From NCBI GenBank assembly GCA_002753225.1, contig PDZS01000013.1, positions 20,167-84,166 on the forward strand: DNA of 64,000 nt. Direction: 5' to 3'. Below the pieces are notes generated by a model. It was not told where the DNA came from. It saw only the letters and a program-made list of their open reading frames with translations, and ran no database searches. Shown piece after piece: positions 26,175-35,954 of the stretch (positions within the stretch are counted from its first letter, which is position 1; each line of letters begins with the position of its first letter). Origin of the DNA: Deltaproteobacteria bacterium YD0425bin51. GTDB taxonomy: Bacteria > Desulfobacterota > Desulfobacteria > Desulfobacterales > YD0425bin51. Position numbers and translations under genes: made by a program.

Positions 26175-27968
26175 GTGTCTGAACCTTTATATATAATTGG
26201 AATTGATTTAGGTACAACAAATACAGTTGTTGCATATACTGAAGCAAAAATAGAAAAAGGCAAATCTCAAGAAATAAAAATTTTTGAAGTTCCTCAGATT
26301 ACTTACTCTGGAACAATTGAAGAAAAAGAAGTTCTTCCGTCTTTTATTTTAGTTCAGGGTGGACATGGAATACAAACAGATGCTTTGAAACTTCCATGGA
26401 AAGATGAATCTGATATAGCTGTAGGTGAATTTGCAAAAGAGCGAGGGGCTGAACTTCCAAACCATGTTATTTCTTCTTCTAAATCGTGGTTATGTAACCA
26501 AATGGTAGATAGAAATAAACCAATTCTTCCATGGGGCAGCAAAGATACAGGAAGTAAAAAGTCTCCTGTAGAATCTTCATCATCAATTTTGGAACATATT
26601 AAAGAGGCATGGAATTATAAAATTGCAAAAGATGATGATAATTTAAAGATTGAAAATCAGGAAATTTATTTAACTGTTCCTGCTTCATTTGATGCAGTTG
26701 CTAGAGATTTGACAATAAAAGCATCCAAGATGGCTGGACTTTCAAATGTTACGCTTTTAGAGGAGCCTCAAGCAGCTTTTTATTCATGGATTTATAATTT
26801 AAAAGATAAATGGCGGGATAAAATTAAAAAAGGGGATATTATTCTTGTTTGCGATATTGGAGGAGGTACAACTGATTTCAGCCTTATAAAAGTTTCAGAG
26901 GAAGATGGTGAATTACTTTTAGAACGCGTAGCTGTAGGAAATCACCTTTTAGTTGGCGGAGATAATATGGATATGGCTCTTGCATATTCGGTATCTTCTA
27001 AGCTATCTGAAAAAAAAATCAAGTTAGACCCATCACAGATGAGAGCTCTGTGGCATAGTTGCAGAAATGCAAAAGAAAAAGTTCTTGCTGGTAATGATAG
27101 TAAAGAACATCAGGTTGCAATTTTAGGAAGAGGGAGTAAACTCATAGGTGGAACAATAAAAGCTACTCTTAGTAAATCTTTAGTTGAAAAAGTTATTATA
27201 GAGGGTTTTTTTCCAAAATGTGAAAAATCAGCAGTGCCTTCTTCTGGAAATAAGCTTGGTTTAAAAGAGTTTGGACTCCAATATGAATCAGATCCTTCTG
27301 TAACTAAACATCTTGCAAAATTTTTAAGTTCAAAAGGTGATTTTGAAGCTCCAACTGCAATTCTTTATAATGGCGGTGTAATGAAGTCCCAAGCTATAAG
27401 AGAGCGCATAAAAGATATTATTGCTTCATGGAGAGGCGATGATAAAATGCGTATGCTTGAATCATCAGATTTGGATTTGGCAGTAGCTTTGGGAGCTGCA
27501 TATTATGGACTGGCAAGAAGAGGACAAGGAGTCAGAATTCGTGGAGGACTTAATAAATCGTATTATATAGGAGTAGCTGCTTCTCTTCCTGCTGTACCAG
27601 GAATGCCGATACCCCTTAAAGCTATTTGTGTTGGGACTTTTGGAATGGAGGAAGGAACACAAGAATCGCTAAAAAATCAAGAATTTACTCTTATAGTTGG
27701 AGAACCTGTAAAATTTGATTTTTTAGGTTCATCTGTAAGGTTTAATGATAATGTTGGTAGTGTCATAGAAGACTGGGAAACTGATATAGAAAAAATCACA
27801 ACTATTGAAGTGACTTTAGAAGGAGAATATGGAACTTTTGTTCCAGTAACAATTGAAGTAAAAGTAACTGAAATTGGGACATTGGAGTTGTTCTGCGTTT
27901 CTAGGGAAAATGACAAAAGATGGAAACTAGAATTTAATGTAAGGGAGAAAGAATCAATTGAATCATAA
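26175..27968 (+). CDS. Atypical Hsp70-family ATPase (597 aa)
   Basis: Actin/Hsp70 NBD motifs IGIDLGTTNTVVA, LLEEPQAAF, VCDIGGGTTDFSLI and GGDNMD. The C-terminal ~200 aa do not look like a canonical DnaK substrate-binding domain/lid. GTG start with RBS AGGAG. Confidence 0.85.
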   Translation: MSEPLYIIGIDLGTTNTVVAYTEAKIEKGKSQEIKIFEVPQITYSGTIEEKEVLPSFILVQGGHGIQTDALKLPWKDESDIAVGEFAKERGAELPNHVISSSKSWLCNQMVDRNKPILPWGSKDTGSKKSPVESSSSILEHIKEAWNYKIAKDDDNLKIENQEIYLTVPASFDAVARDLTIKASKMAGLSNVTLLEEPQAAFYSWIYNLKDKWRDKIKKGDIILVCDIGGGTTDFSLIKVSEEDGELLLERVAVGNHLLVGGDNMDMALAYSVSSKLSEKKIKLDPSQMRALWHSCRNAKEKVLAGNDSKEHQVAILGRGSKLIGGTIKATLSKSLVEKVIIEGFFPKCEKSAVPSSGNKLGLKEFGLQYESDPSVTKHLAKFLSSKGDFEAPTAILYNGGVMKSQAIRERIKDIIASWRGDDKMRMLESSDLDLAVALGAAYYGLARRGQGVRIRGGLNKSYYIGVAASLPAVPGMPIPLKAICVGTFGMEEGTQESLKNQEFTLIVGEPVKFDFLGSSVRFNDNVGSVIEDWETDIEKITTIEVTLEGEYGTFVPVTIEVKVTEIGTLELFCVSRENDKRWKLEFNVREKESIES

Positions 27969-30747
27969 TAAGAGATTTATTATTGGAATTGATCTAGGCA
28001 CAACTAATTGCGCTGTATCGTATGTTGATCTTAATTTAGAACCCAAAAAGCAAAACATCAAATTATTTAAAGTTCCTCAATTAACAGGTCATGGCGAAGT
28101 AACGCGTCAGCCCATCCTTCCTTCTTTTTTATATATTCCTGGGCAATATGATATATCTAAAGAAGCAATTGTCCTTCCCTGGAAGACTAATGAAAATAAT
28201 TTTGTCGGCATTTTTGCAAGGGATCATGGTATAAAAGTTCCAGCACGGCTTGTATCATCAGCAAAAAGCTGGCTTTGTCATCCTAATGTCGATAGAAAAG
28301 CAAAAATTTTACCTTGGGGCGCAAACCCTGAAGTATCAAAGATATCTCCTGTTTTAGCAAGTGCTGCATATCTTAAACATATTAAAGATGCCTGGAATTT
28401 TGCTAGAGGAGATAACGAAGACCAATATTTAGAAAATCAAATAATTATCATAACAGTGCCTGCTTCATTTGACGAAATTGCAAGAGATTTGACTATGGAA
28501 GCAGCAAATATCTCAGGTTTAAATAATGTAACACTTTTGGAAGAGCCTCTTGCCGCATTTTATAGCTGGCTGATTAGCCATGAAGATGAATGGAGTGATT
28601 TTGTAAAACCAAATGAGCTGATACTTGTATGTGATGTTGGCGGCGGCACAACAGACTTTACATTAATTACGTTAAGAGATGTTGATGGAAACCCCCGTTT
28701 TGAAAGAATAGCAGTAGGAGATCATCTTATTCTTGGCGGAGATAACATTGATTTAGCTTTGGCAAGACAAATAGAATCACGTTTTACAAATAAAAAGCTT
28801 TCCTTAACAGTTGACAGGTGGAAATCACTTTGTCATCAATGCCGTCAAGCCAAAGAAATGATTTTAGGTAATGAAGTTGATTCTAAAAAAATAACTTTGA
28901 TGGGGGAAGGGGGGAAATTAATTGCTGGAACTATTTCTGCAACTCTTGATTCAAAGACAGTTGAACAGATTGTCTTAGAAGGATTTTTTCCCCTTGTTTC
29001 TGAAGAATCCTCAAAGAAAAAAACTGCCCAAAAAGGTATTACTGAATTTGGACTTCCCTTTGAACACGAACCAGCTATAACAAAACATATGGGAAGATTT
29101 TTAGAAAATCATAAAGACGATGTTTATAAAATATTAAAAAGAGAAAATTGTTGTCCAGACCTAATTCTTTTTAACGGCGGTTCATTAAAGCCTAGAATTA
29201 TTCAGGAAAGAATGAGAGAGGCTATACGTCACTGGTTTAAAGAACAAGACAATAGCTTACCCAAAATATTAGACAATCCTGATCCTGATCTTGCTGTAGC
29301 ACTTGGAGCATCTTACTATGGTCTCGTCAAAATAGGCCATGGAGTGAGAGTAGGAAGCGGAAGCGCAAGAGCCTATTATTTAGGTGTATCAAAAGGAACC
29401 GAAGTTAATGAAAAAGTTGCTCTTTGCTTAGTTGAGCGGGGACTAGAAGAGGGGAGTGATATTGAACTTAAGGATAAAAAGTTTGAAGTCCTTGCTAATC
29501 AACCAGTAAGCTTTGATGCTTACAGCTCAAGTTTCCGGGCAAATGATAAAACTGGAGACTTAATAAATATTGATGATTCTTTAACACCCCTGCCTCCTAT
29601 TCAAACTGTTGTTTATTATGGCAAAAAAGGGATGAAAACGACTATACCTGTTCAAATTGGAGCAACTTATACAGAAGTTGGCACACTTTCCCTTTGGTGC
29701 AAGTCTTTGATGACTAATCACAAATGGCAGTTTCAATTTCAGCTTAGAGATAACTTGACTCCAACAAATGTTTCTAATGAAGCAATTTTTGAAGAATCAA
29801 TAATTGAAGATGCATGCAGAAAAATTCAATTAGTCTTCTCAGACCCAAAAATTGATTCATTAGATAATTTAGTTAAAGAAATAACTACCACAATTGGATC
29901 AAACAGAGATAAGTGGCCCCTTGGTTTAATAAGAATTATGGCAGATACATTGCTCACACTTATAGAAAATAGATCTAAAAGTCCAGAATCTGAAAGCAGA
30001 TGGTTAAATTTGACAGGTTTTTGTATGCGCCCTGGTTTTGGAGAAGCATTTGATGAAAAACGGATAAAAGAAATATGGAAAATATATAGAGAAGGTGCTT
30101 TACATTCAAATAACGCTCAAAACCGCTCCGAATGGTGGATTATGTGGCGAAGAATTGCAGGAGGTTTGCCTCATGGTCAACAAAGGCAATTTATTCAAGA
30201 TGTTACAAATATTCTTTATCCAAAAAAAGATGTAAAATGCCGTGTTTCGGATCAGGAGCGAATAGAAATTTGGATGGCTATTTCTAATATGGAAAGATTA
30301 TCAGTGAAAGATAAAGTTAAATGGGGAAAACTTCTTCTTTCAGAAATACAACCCAAAAAATGCAAACCACAGACACTATGGTCAATTTCTAGAATAGGAG
30401 CAAGAGAACTATTATATGGACCAATTGATAGAGTTATACCGCAAGAAGTTGCATCAGAATGGATACAAATTTTACTTTCTCAAACTTGGCACAACCCAAA
30501 GCAGTTAATTGGAACAATAGTTCATATGGCTCGTAAAACAGGAGATCGAACTCGAGATATAGATTCCACAGTTATTTCTAAAATAATAGATTGGATGTTA
30601 AAATATGATTTATCCCAAGATTATAAAAAATATTTAACAGACGTAATTCCACTAGCAAAACAAGAAGAAAGCGCAATTTTTGGAGAATCATTGCCGGCAG
30701 GAATTATATTTCATGAAGAAAATGTGGATAAAGATGAGGATTTGTAA
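27958..30747 (+). CDS. Atypical Hsp70-family ATPase with ~330-aa Trp-rich helical C-terminal extension (929 aa)
   Basis: IGIDLGTTNCAVS, LLEEPLAAF, VCDVGGGTTDFTLI, GGDNID. TTG start overlapping the upstream gene by 11 nt. The C-terminal region (..RWLNLTGFCMRPGFGE...EWWIMWRRIAGGL..) is not assignable by eye. Confidence 0.85.
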   Translation: MNHNKRFIIGIDLGTTNCAVSYVDLNLEPKKQNIKLFKVPQLTGHGEVTRQPILPSFLYIPGQYDISKEAIVLPWKTNENNFVGIFARDHGIKVPARLVSSAKSWLCHPNVDRKAKILPWGANPEVSKISPVLASAAYLKHIKDAWNFARGDNEDQYLENQIIIITVPASFDEIARDLTMEAANISGLNNVTLLEEPLAAFYSWLISHEDEWSDFVKPNELILVCDVGGGTTDFTLITLRDVDGNPRFERIAVGDHLILGGDNIDLALARQIESRFTNKKLSLTVDRWKSLCHQCRQAKEMILGNEVDSKKITLMGEGGKLIAGTISATLDSKTVEQIVLEGFFPLVSEESSKKKTAQKGITEFGLPFEHEPAITKHMGRFLENHKDDVYKILKRENCCPDLILFNGGSLKPRIIQERMREAIRHWFKEQDNSLPKILDNPDPDLAVALGASYYGLVKIGHGVRVGSGSARAYYLGVSKGTEVNEKVALCLVERGLEEGSDIELKDKKFEVLANQPVSFDAYSSSFRANDKTGDLINIDDSLTPLPPIQTVVYYGKKGMKTTIPVQIGATYTEVGTLSLWCKSLMTNHKWQFQFQLRDNLTPTNVSNEAIFEESIIEDACRKIQLVFSDPKIDSLDNLVKEITTTIGSNRDKWPLGLIRIMADTLLTLIENRSKSPESESRWLNLTGFCMRPGFGEAFDEKRIKEIWKIYREGALHSNNAQNRSEWWIMWRRIAGGLPHGQQRQFIQDVTNILYPKKDVKCRVSDQERIEIWMAISNMERLSVKDKVKWGKLLLSEIQPKKCKPQTLWSISRIGARELLYGPIDRVIPQEVASEWIQILLSQTWHNPKQLIGTIVHMARKTGDRTRDIDSTVISKIIDWMLKYDLSQDYKKYLTDVIPLAKQEESAIFGESLPAGIIFHEENVDKDEDL

Positions 30748-30867
30748 CTTTTATTGCTCATTTAATGAAATCCTGTAATAAAAGTTGCAAGTTTTTTTTA
30801 TGTTTTTTATTATAATTAACAAAATTTTTGATATAAAATAAATATGTTATAAATATTTTAAAGATAT

Positions 30868-30884
30868 TGGTATGTGATTTGCAT
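30868..30884 (+). promoter_or_regulatory. Candidate sigma54 (-24/-12) promoter
   Basis: TGGTATGTGATTTGCAT. GG at 30869-30870 and GC at 30881-30882 have the consensus spacing of TGGCAC-N5-TTGCW. The site is ~77 nt upstream of the ATG at 30961. Confidence 0.45.
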
Positions 30885-30960
30885 AAAATTAAAAGCAAAC
30901 ACTGGCACCTTAAAATAAGGTAAAATAAAAAAATAATTAAAAATTTAGGAGGTTTTTAAA

Positions 30961-31440
30961 ATGAAAAGATTAGCACGTTTAATTTTGGCAGTAGCTTTTA
31001 TCATGGTTCCCATATCTGCATTAGCATTAGAGTCAATAGCTGATAAAGATATGGCTAATGTAAGCGGCCAAGCAGGAGTAAGCATTGGAATTGAAGAAGC
31101 AATTGATATTAATTTGAAAGTTTCAAGTCTTTCTTATGGGGACAGCGACTTAGGTATGGCAATGCAGATGACAGATGTAACAGCTGATGGTATGCATATT
31201 AACATTGGTGCAACAACAAAAGACATGGTTCTTGAAATTAAAAATGTTAATGGCGAAACAGTAATAGGGATCGGGCTTCCAGTAACCACAATAGTTGTAG
31301 AAAATATTCCTTCTATTAAAATGGGTTTAGAGACAAAGGCTGGCGGAGCAACAACTACAACTAATTTAGGAACTTTAAATGTAGGAACAACAACTCTTAA
31401 AGTTAACAGCGGCAAAGTTAACATGAAAGTCTTAAAATAG
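30961..31440 (+). CDS. Small secreted protein of unknown function
   Basis: Signal peptide (MKRLARLILAVAFIMVPISALA), then the motif DKDMANVSGQAGVSIG and a Thr/Gly/Val-rich beta-type C-terminus. Good RBS (AGGAGG). Confidence 0.5.
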   Translation: MKRLARLILAVAFIMVPISALALESIADKDMANVSGQAGVSIGIEEAIDINLKVSSLSYGDSDLGMAMQMTDVTADGMHINIGATTKDMVLEIKNVNGETVIGIGLPVTTIVVENIPSIKMGLETKAGGATTTTNLGTLNVGTTTLKVNSGKVNMKVLK

Positions 31441-31461
31441 TTAATGGTTAATAGTTAAAGC

Positions 31462-31495
31462 AAAAGAAGAGGTAACGCAAATTACCTCTTCTTTT
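31462..31495. terminator. Bidirectional rho-independent terminator
   Basis: AAAAGAAGAGGTAA / TTACCTCTTCTTTT hairpin flanked by an A-run and a T-run, between convergent genes. Confidence 0.65.
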
Positions 31496-32395
31496 TTATT
31501 TTTTAGCTGTAATCACAGCAATTACCTCATTGCCTGCTCCTAAATAGTCAATGCTATCAAAGCTAAACATTTTGGCCATAGCAATTCCCCTGCCGTGATT
31601 ATCAAATGCTCTGTCAGGACTTAGTTCAAGATATGAGTTCCAATCAAATCCTTTTCCCTGATCTTTTATTAATATCTTAATTTCATTGTCAATTCTATCA
31701 AAATTTACTGTTACTTTTTTAGAAATATTTTCAGGTAAGCAAAGACGCCTTTCAACTTCATCATTCCATTGATTCTGTTCGTTTAATTGACTTTTTTCAT
31801 CATATGTTATACCTAAATTTCCATGTTCAACAGCATTGACTAAAAGCTCCCATAATCCTGTCGCAGCTTTACTTGGTTCAGGGCAAACATTAGCTAAAAG
31901 TGTAGCGAGATTATAACCTTCTTTTAAAGTTCTAAATTCAAATATTCCTTTTGTCATTAAAGTAAAAGCATCTACAGTTTTTTTTGCTTTTTCACTTAAA
32001 GATTTATAGCGATTGTAATCAGATATTGCTGTTTTAACAACTGCTCGCAAGGTCTCTTTTTCATATGGCTTTGTAAGGTAATAATAAGCTCCTGCTTGAA
32101 GTCCTTCTAAAATATCTGTTTTTTCAGATTTTGATGTTTGAAATATAACAGGAATTGTCTTTAGCATCTCATTGGACTTCATGTTTTTTAATACTTCCAT
32201 ACCACCCATTCTTGGCATTATCCGATCAAGAAGAACTGCATCATAAATGTCTGGAGATTTTTCAAGAAGCGTCATCGCCTGTACGCCGTCTTTAGCCATT
32301 ATTATCCGATAGTTTTCATCTTTTAACTGTTCAGCTATAACTTTAATATTTATAGGTTCATCATCAACTACAAGAAGAGTAGCTTGTTGTGCCAT
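31496..32395 (-). CDS. Response regulator (REC) fused to an RsbW/HATPase-like ATP-binding domain
   Basis: REC domain (LLVVDDEPINIKV...LDRIMPRMGG...). C-terminal part has LLVNAVEHGNLGI, DQGKGFD, HGRGIAMAK. Confidence 0.7.
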   Translation of the reverse strand: MAQQATLLVVDDEPINIKVIAEQLKDENYRIIMAKDGVQAMTLLEKSPDIYDAVLLDRIMPRMGGMEVLKNMKSNEMLKTIPVIFQTSKSEKTDILEGLQAGAYYYLTKPYEKETLRAVVKTAISDYNRYKSLSEKAKKTVDAFTLMTKGIFEFRTLKEGYNLATLLANVCPEPSKAATGLWELLVNAVEHGNLGITYDEKSQLNEQNQWNDEVERRLCLPENISKKVTVNFDRIDNEIKILIKDQGKGFDWNSYLELSPDRAFDNHGRGIAMAKMFSFDSIDYLGAGNEVIAVITAKK

Positions 32396-32428
32396 GAGTT
32401 GTTTTGCTCCTTATTAAAAATAATTAAA

Positions 32429-34027
32429 TCATATTTTGCCTTCTGTTAATTTATCTAAATAGAATTTACTTATAGGATCTACATTAGTAAACTCATGATT
32501 TAGGTTTTCATTTTTAGCTGCCATTTCTTTACGAAGATTTTCTGCTAGTTTTTTACCTAATTCAACACCAAATTGATCAAAAGGATTTATGTCCCATATA
32601 AAAGCTTCATAAACAGTTTTAGCTTCATAAAAAGAAAGGAGTCGTCCTATATTTTCAGGTGATAAGTCTTCAAGTAGAATTGTTGAAGATGGTCTGTTTC
32701 CGGGAAAATATTTAGCCATATCTTTATCTTCTTTACCTATTGCTAAAGCCATAGGCTGAGCTATTAAATTTGCCCATAATTCTTGATGATTTGTAACTCC
32801 TTTAGACTTATTGTTATATTGATTATATTGAGGTTTAATAACTCCTATAAAATCAATCGGAAAGGCCCTACCTTGATGTGCAAGTTGAAAGAATGAGTGC
32901 TGGGCATTTGTACCAGGTTCTCCAAATATAATCACTCCAGTATCTTCAAAAACCTTTTCTCCTTTTTTTGTTACATATTTGCCGTTACTCTCCATATATA
33001 ACTGTTGGATATGAGGAGCAAGTTTAGACAAAGGTTGAGCATATGGAATAATTCCTTGTGCTGAATATTTTAAAAAATTGTTATTCCAAATACTGATAAG
33101 AGCAGAAATCATTGGAAGATTATTTTGTACTGGAGCTTTCCTTGTATGTATATCCATTTCTTCAGCCCCTTTTAAAAATCTTTCAAATTTATCATATCCT
33201 ATATACAAACTCAAAGGAACTCCTCCAACAGCAGAAGTTACAGAATATCTTCCTCCTATAAAATCAAACATATGGAATGCAGCGATTACTGGATTTGAAG
33301 GATCATCCCCTGGACTTCCTTTGGAAGTTACAGTAATAACATGACGTGCTGGATCTATCCCTTTTTCTTTCATAAAAGCATAAGCCTGTTTTTCATTGGC
33401 AGTTGTTTCAGCAGTTGTATAGCTTTTTGAAATAATTATCCAAAGTGTAGTTTCTGTTTTTATTTCTCTTACAATTTCACCAAAGTTATTTATATCAACA
33501 TTAGATAAAAAATGAAGTTTAATATTTTTATCTGCAAAAAAGGCCAGAGCATATTTTACAAATTCAGCTCCAAGATATGACCCTCCGATTCCTATTACGA
33601 CGACATCTGTAAAGGGTTTACCGTTTGCTGCTCTAATTTCACCCATGTGGACTTTATTTGTAAATTTTTGAGTTGCTTCTCTTACTTTTGCAATGTCTGG
33701 CATTATGTCTTTTCCATCTACATAAATGGGTTCATCTGAAAAACTTCTGCATGCTGTATGGAGAACAGCTCTCTTTTCTGTATTATTGATTTTTTTGCCT
33801 GACATCATATCATTAAATTGGTCTTGTATTTTTCTTTCTATTGAAAGCTCAAACAAGAGTTCCATTGCTTTTTCATCTACACGCTGCCTTGAGTAATCAT
33901 AAAAAATACTCCCACCTTTTTGTGAAAAATTTTTGAGGCGATCTTGTGATATAAGAAGATTCTTTAAAGATTTTTCAGGATTATTCATTACATGAGCATA
34001 TTCTTTTAATTTATTCCATACCGCCAT
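32429..34027 (-). CDS. pgi: Glucose-6-phosphate isomerase
   Basis: 532 aa with PGI signatures: DYSRQRV, IGIGGSYLGAEF, ISKSYTTAETT, GGRYSVTSAVG, ESNGK, FGEPGTNAQHSFFQL. Confidence 0.9.
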   Translation of the reverse strand: MAVWNKLKEYAHVMNNPEKSLKNLLISQDRLKNFSQKGGSIFYDYSRQRVDEKAMELLFELSIERKIQDQFNDMMSGKKINNTEKRAVLHTACRSFSDEPIYVDGKDIMPDIAKVREATQKFTNKVHMGEIRAANGKPFTDVVVIGIGGSYLGAEFVKYALAFFADKNIKLHFLSNVDINNFGEIVREIKTETTLWIIISKSYTTAETTANEKQAYAFMKEKGIDPARHVITVTSKGSPGDDPSNPVIAAFHMFDFIGGRYSVTSAVGGVPLSLYIGYDKFERFLKGAEEMDIHTRKAPVQNNLPMISALISIWNNNFLKYSAQGIIPYAQPLSKLAPHIQQLYMESNGKYVTKKGEKVFEDTGVIIFGEPGTNAQHSFFQLAHQGRAFPIDFIGVIKPQYNQYNNKSKGVTNHQELWANLIAQPMALAIGKEDKDMAKYFPGNRPSSTILLEDLSPENIGRLLSFYEAKTVYEAFIWDINPFDQFGVELGKKLAENLRKEMAAKNENLNHEFTNVDPISKFYLDKLTEGKI

Positions 34028-34140
34028 ATCATTTATCTCCTTAATGTTTTAAATTAAATTTTAACTTGATTTATTGAACTATTATAGTATATCCAAATAT
34101 CTTCTATATCAATAAAAAATCTTATGGAGGTATCATTAAA

Positions 34141-35781
34141 TTGAAATTCCTATTTATATGTATAACTATTCTGTATATTGGAATATTAGAAGCTTACTGC
34201 TCAGATATTGAACTTCCGCCTGTAATTGAAGGAAATAAGCAATTATCATCAATTCAGAAAATATTTATTAAGAAATTTCTATTAGTTGGGAATACAGTAT
34301 TTTCAGATAAACAACTAAGGCCTTTAATCCAATCATATGAAAACCGATTTATATCTCACGAAGAACTTCAAGATGTAAAAAATATTTTAACTCAATATTA
34401 TATTCAGCAAGGTTATATAAATTCAGGAGTGGTGATACCTGATCAAGAAGTAAAATATGATAAAATCAGACTAGAAATTACCGAAGGCAAAATAGATAGG
34501 ATTTATGTGAATGGGTTAAAATTACTACGTCCTAATTATGTTATAAATCGGATAAAATTATCTACAGATGATGGTAAATTACCATTAAATGTAAATAGAT
34601 TACAAGAACGTTTGCAGATAATAAAACAGGATCCTTTAATAAAGAATGTTAATGCAGAACTTAAGCGGGGTCTAAATCGTGGATTTGCTGATCTTTATGT
34701 CCAAGTAATTGAAAATAAACCTTATTCACTTCAAGTAAAATTCAATAATTACACTTCACCAGGAGTTTCTGCTAATACTGGAGTATTAGAAGCTAAACTT
34801 TTAAATGTTTCAGGATGGGGAGATTCTATTTCAACAGAACTTACAAAGACCAAAGGACTCGAGAGTTATTCCGGCGAATATATATTACCTTTTAACAGAT
34901 GGGGAACAACTTTACTTTTAGGTTTTGATAAAACTGTATCAGACATAGTTTCTAAGCCATTTAACGAGTTAGACATATATGGAATTTCTAGAAATTATTA
35001 TGGTTATGTAAGGCATCCTTTTTACAAAACTTTATCTACTGAATTTGCAATGGGTTTAAAGCTTGAAAAAAGATATAGTAAAACACATTTATTCAATAAA
35101 CCCTTTTCATTTTCTCCTGGTGTTGAAGATGGCGAAAGTAAAGTATCTGTTTTGAGATTCTGGCAAGAATGGGTTGATAGGAGCATGTCACAGGTAATTG
35201 CATTTCGTTCAACTTTTTCCTTTGGCTTGAATATATTAGACTCAACTCATCATATTAATGAGGCTTTAAATGGACCAGATGGGGAATTTATTGCTTGGTT
35301 ATCACAGTTTCAATGGGTCAGAATGCTTCCTAAATTAAACAGCCAGCTTCTGCTTAGTTTAAGCGGTCAGCTGTCCATTGATAAACTTTTACCTTTGGAA
35401 AAGTTTGCTATTGGAGGTTCCTCTACAGTTCGAGGATATCGTGAAAACTTTGTAACAGCAGACAATGGTTTCCTTGGTTCTCTGGAATGGCGAGTGCCAA
35501 TAACCCAGTGGATTATTCCTAATATAAGAAAAAATTCTGATAAATTTGATATCAAACTTGCAACATTCTTTGATTATGGGACAACTTGGAATACCATGAC
35601 AACTATTCGTCCAATTCCTGATAGCCTATGCAGCATAGGATTGGGACTTAGGTGCTTATTATTTAAAAAAGTTGAAGCAGATATAAATTGGGGTTATGGC
35701 TTAAGAGATATTGAAATTCCAACAGACAGTGATCTTCAGGATAAAGGGATACATTTTCAGATTAAAACAATGTTATTCTAA
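34141..35781 (+). CDS. ShlB/FhaC/HecB-family (TpsB, Omp85 superfamily) outer-membrane transporter
   Basis: Signal peptide, POTRA region (FLLVGNTVFSDKQLRPLI...YYIQQGYINSGVVIPDQEV..IRLEITEGKIDRIYVNG) and a C-terminal beta-barrel (..FAIGGSSTVRGY..). TTG start with RBS GGAGG. Confidence 0.8.
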   Translation: MKFLFICITILYIGILEAYCSDIELPPVIEGNKQLSSIQKIFIKKFLLVGNTVFSDKQLRPLIQSYENRFISHEELQDVKNILTQYYIQQGYINSGVVIPDQEVKYDKIRLEITEGKIDRIYVNGLKLLRPNYVINRIKLSTDDGKLPLNVNRLQERLQIIKQDPLIKNVNAELKRGLNRGFADLYVQVIENKPYSLQVKFNNYTSPGVSANTGVLEAKLLNVSGWGDSISTELTKTKGLESYSGEYILPFNRWGTTLLLGFDKTVSDIVSKPFNELDIYGISRNYYGYVRHPFYKTLSTEFAMGLKLEKRYSKTHLFNKPFSFSPGVEDGESKVSVLRFWQEWVDRSMSQVIAFRSTFSFGLNILDSTHHINEALNGPDGEFIAWLSQFQWVRMLPKLNSQLLLSLSGQLSIDKLLPLEKFAIGGSSTVRGYRENFVTADNGFLGSLEWRVPITQWIIPNIRKNSDKFDIKLATFFDYGTTWNTMTTIRPIPDSLCSIGLGLRCLLFKKVEADINWGYGLRDIEIPTDSDLQDKGIHFQIKTMLF

Positions 35782-35787
35782 CATATT

Positions 35788-35822
35788 CCACGATATTTAG
35801 CAGAATATTTTAAATATCGTGG
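35788..35822. other. Perfect 12-bp hairpin 1 in TpsB/mini-protein intergenic region
   Basis: CCACGATATTTA (35788-35799) and TAAATATCGTGG (35811-35822), with an 11-nt loop. Confidence 0.8.
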
Positions 35823-35826
35823 CAAA

Positions 35827-35880
35827 ATGGATTCTCGTTTTAGGTAGAATGAAGTCATTCCCTCGAAAACGAGAATCCAT
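35827..35880. other. Perfect 15-bp hairpin 2 with nested inner stem
   Basis: ATGGATTCTCGTTTT (35827-35841) and AAAACGAGAATCCAT (35866-35880). The loop contains GAATGA..TCATTC. Confidence 0.8.
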
Positions 35881-35911
35881 GGGAAATGGTATGAATATTG
35901 CTATGTGTCTC

Positions 35912-35954
35912 ATAATAGTTTGGTTGTTATTGAGGATAACAACCAAACTATTAT
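35912..35954. other. Perfect 19-bp hairpin 3, 31 nt upstream of the mini-protein start codon
   Basis: ATAATAGTTTGGTTGTTAT (35912-35930), loop TGAGG, ATAACAACCAAACTATTAT (35936-35954). Confidence 0.85.

Noticed and set aside
30785-30816. TTGCAA ... TATAAT as a sigma70 promoter upstream of the secreted-protein gene
   Set aside because: The spacer is 20 nt, which is too long. The sigma54-like element at 30868 is the better candidate.
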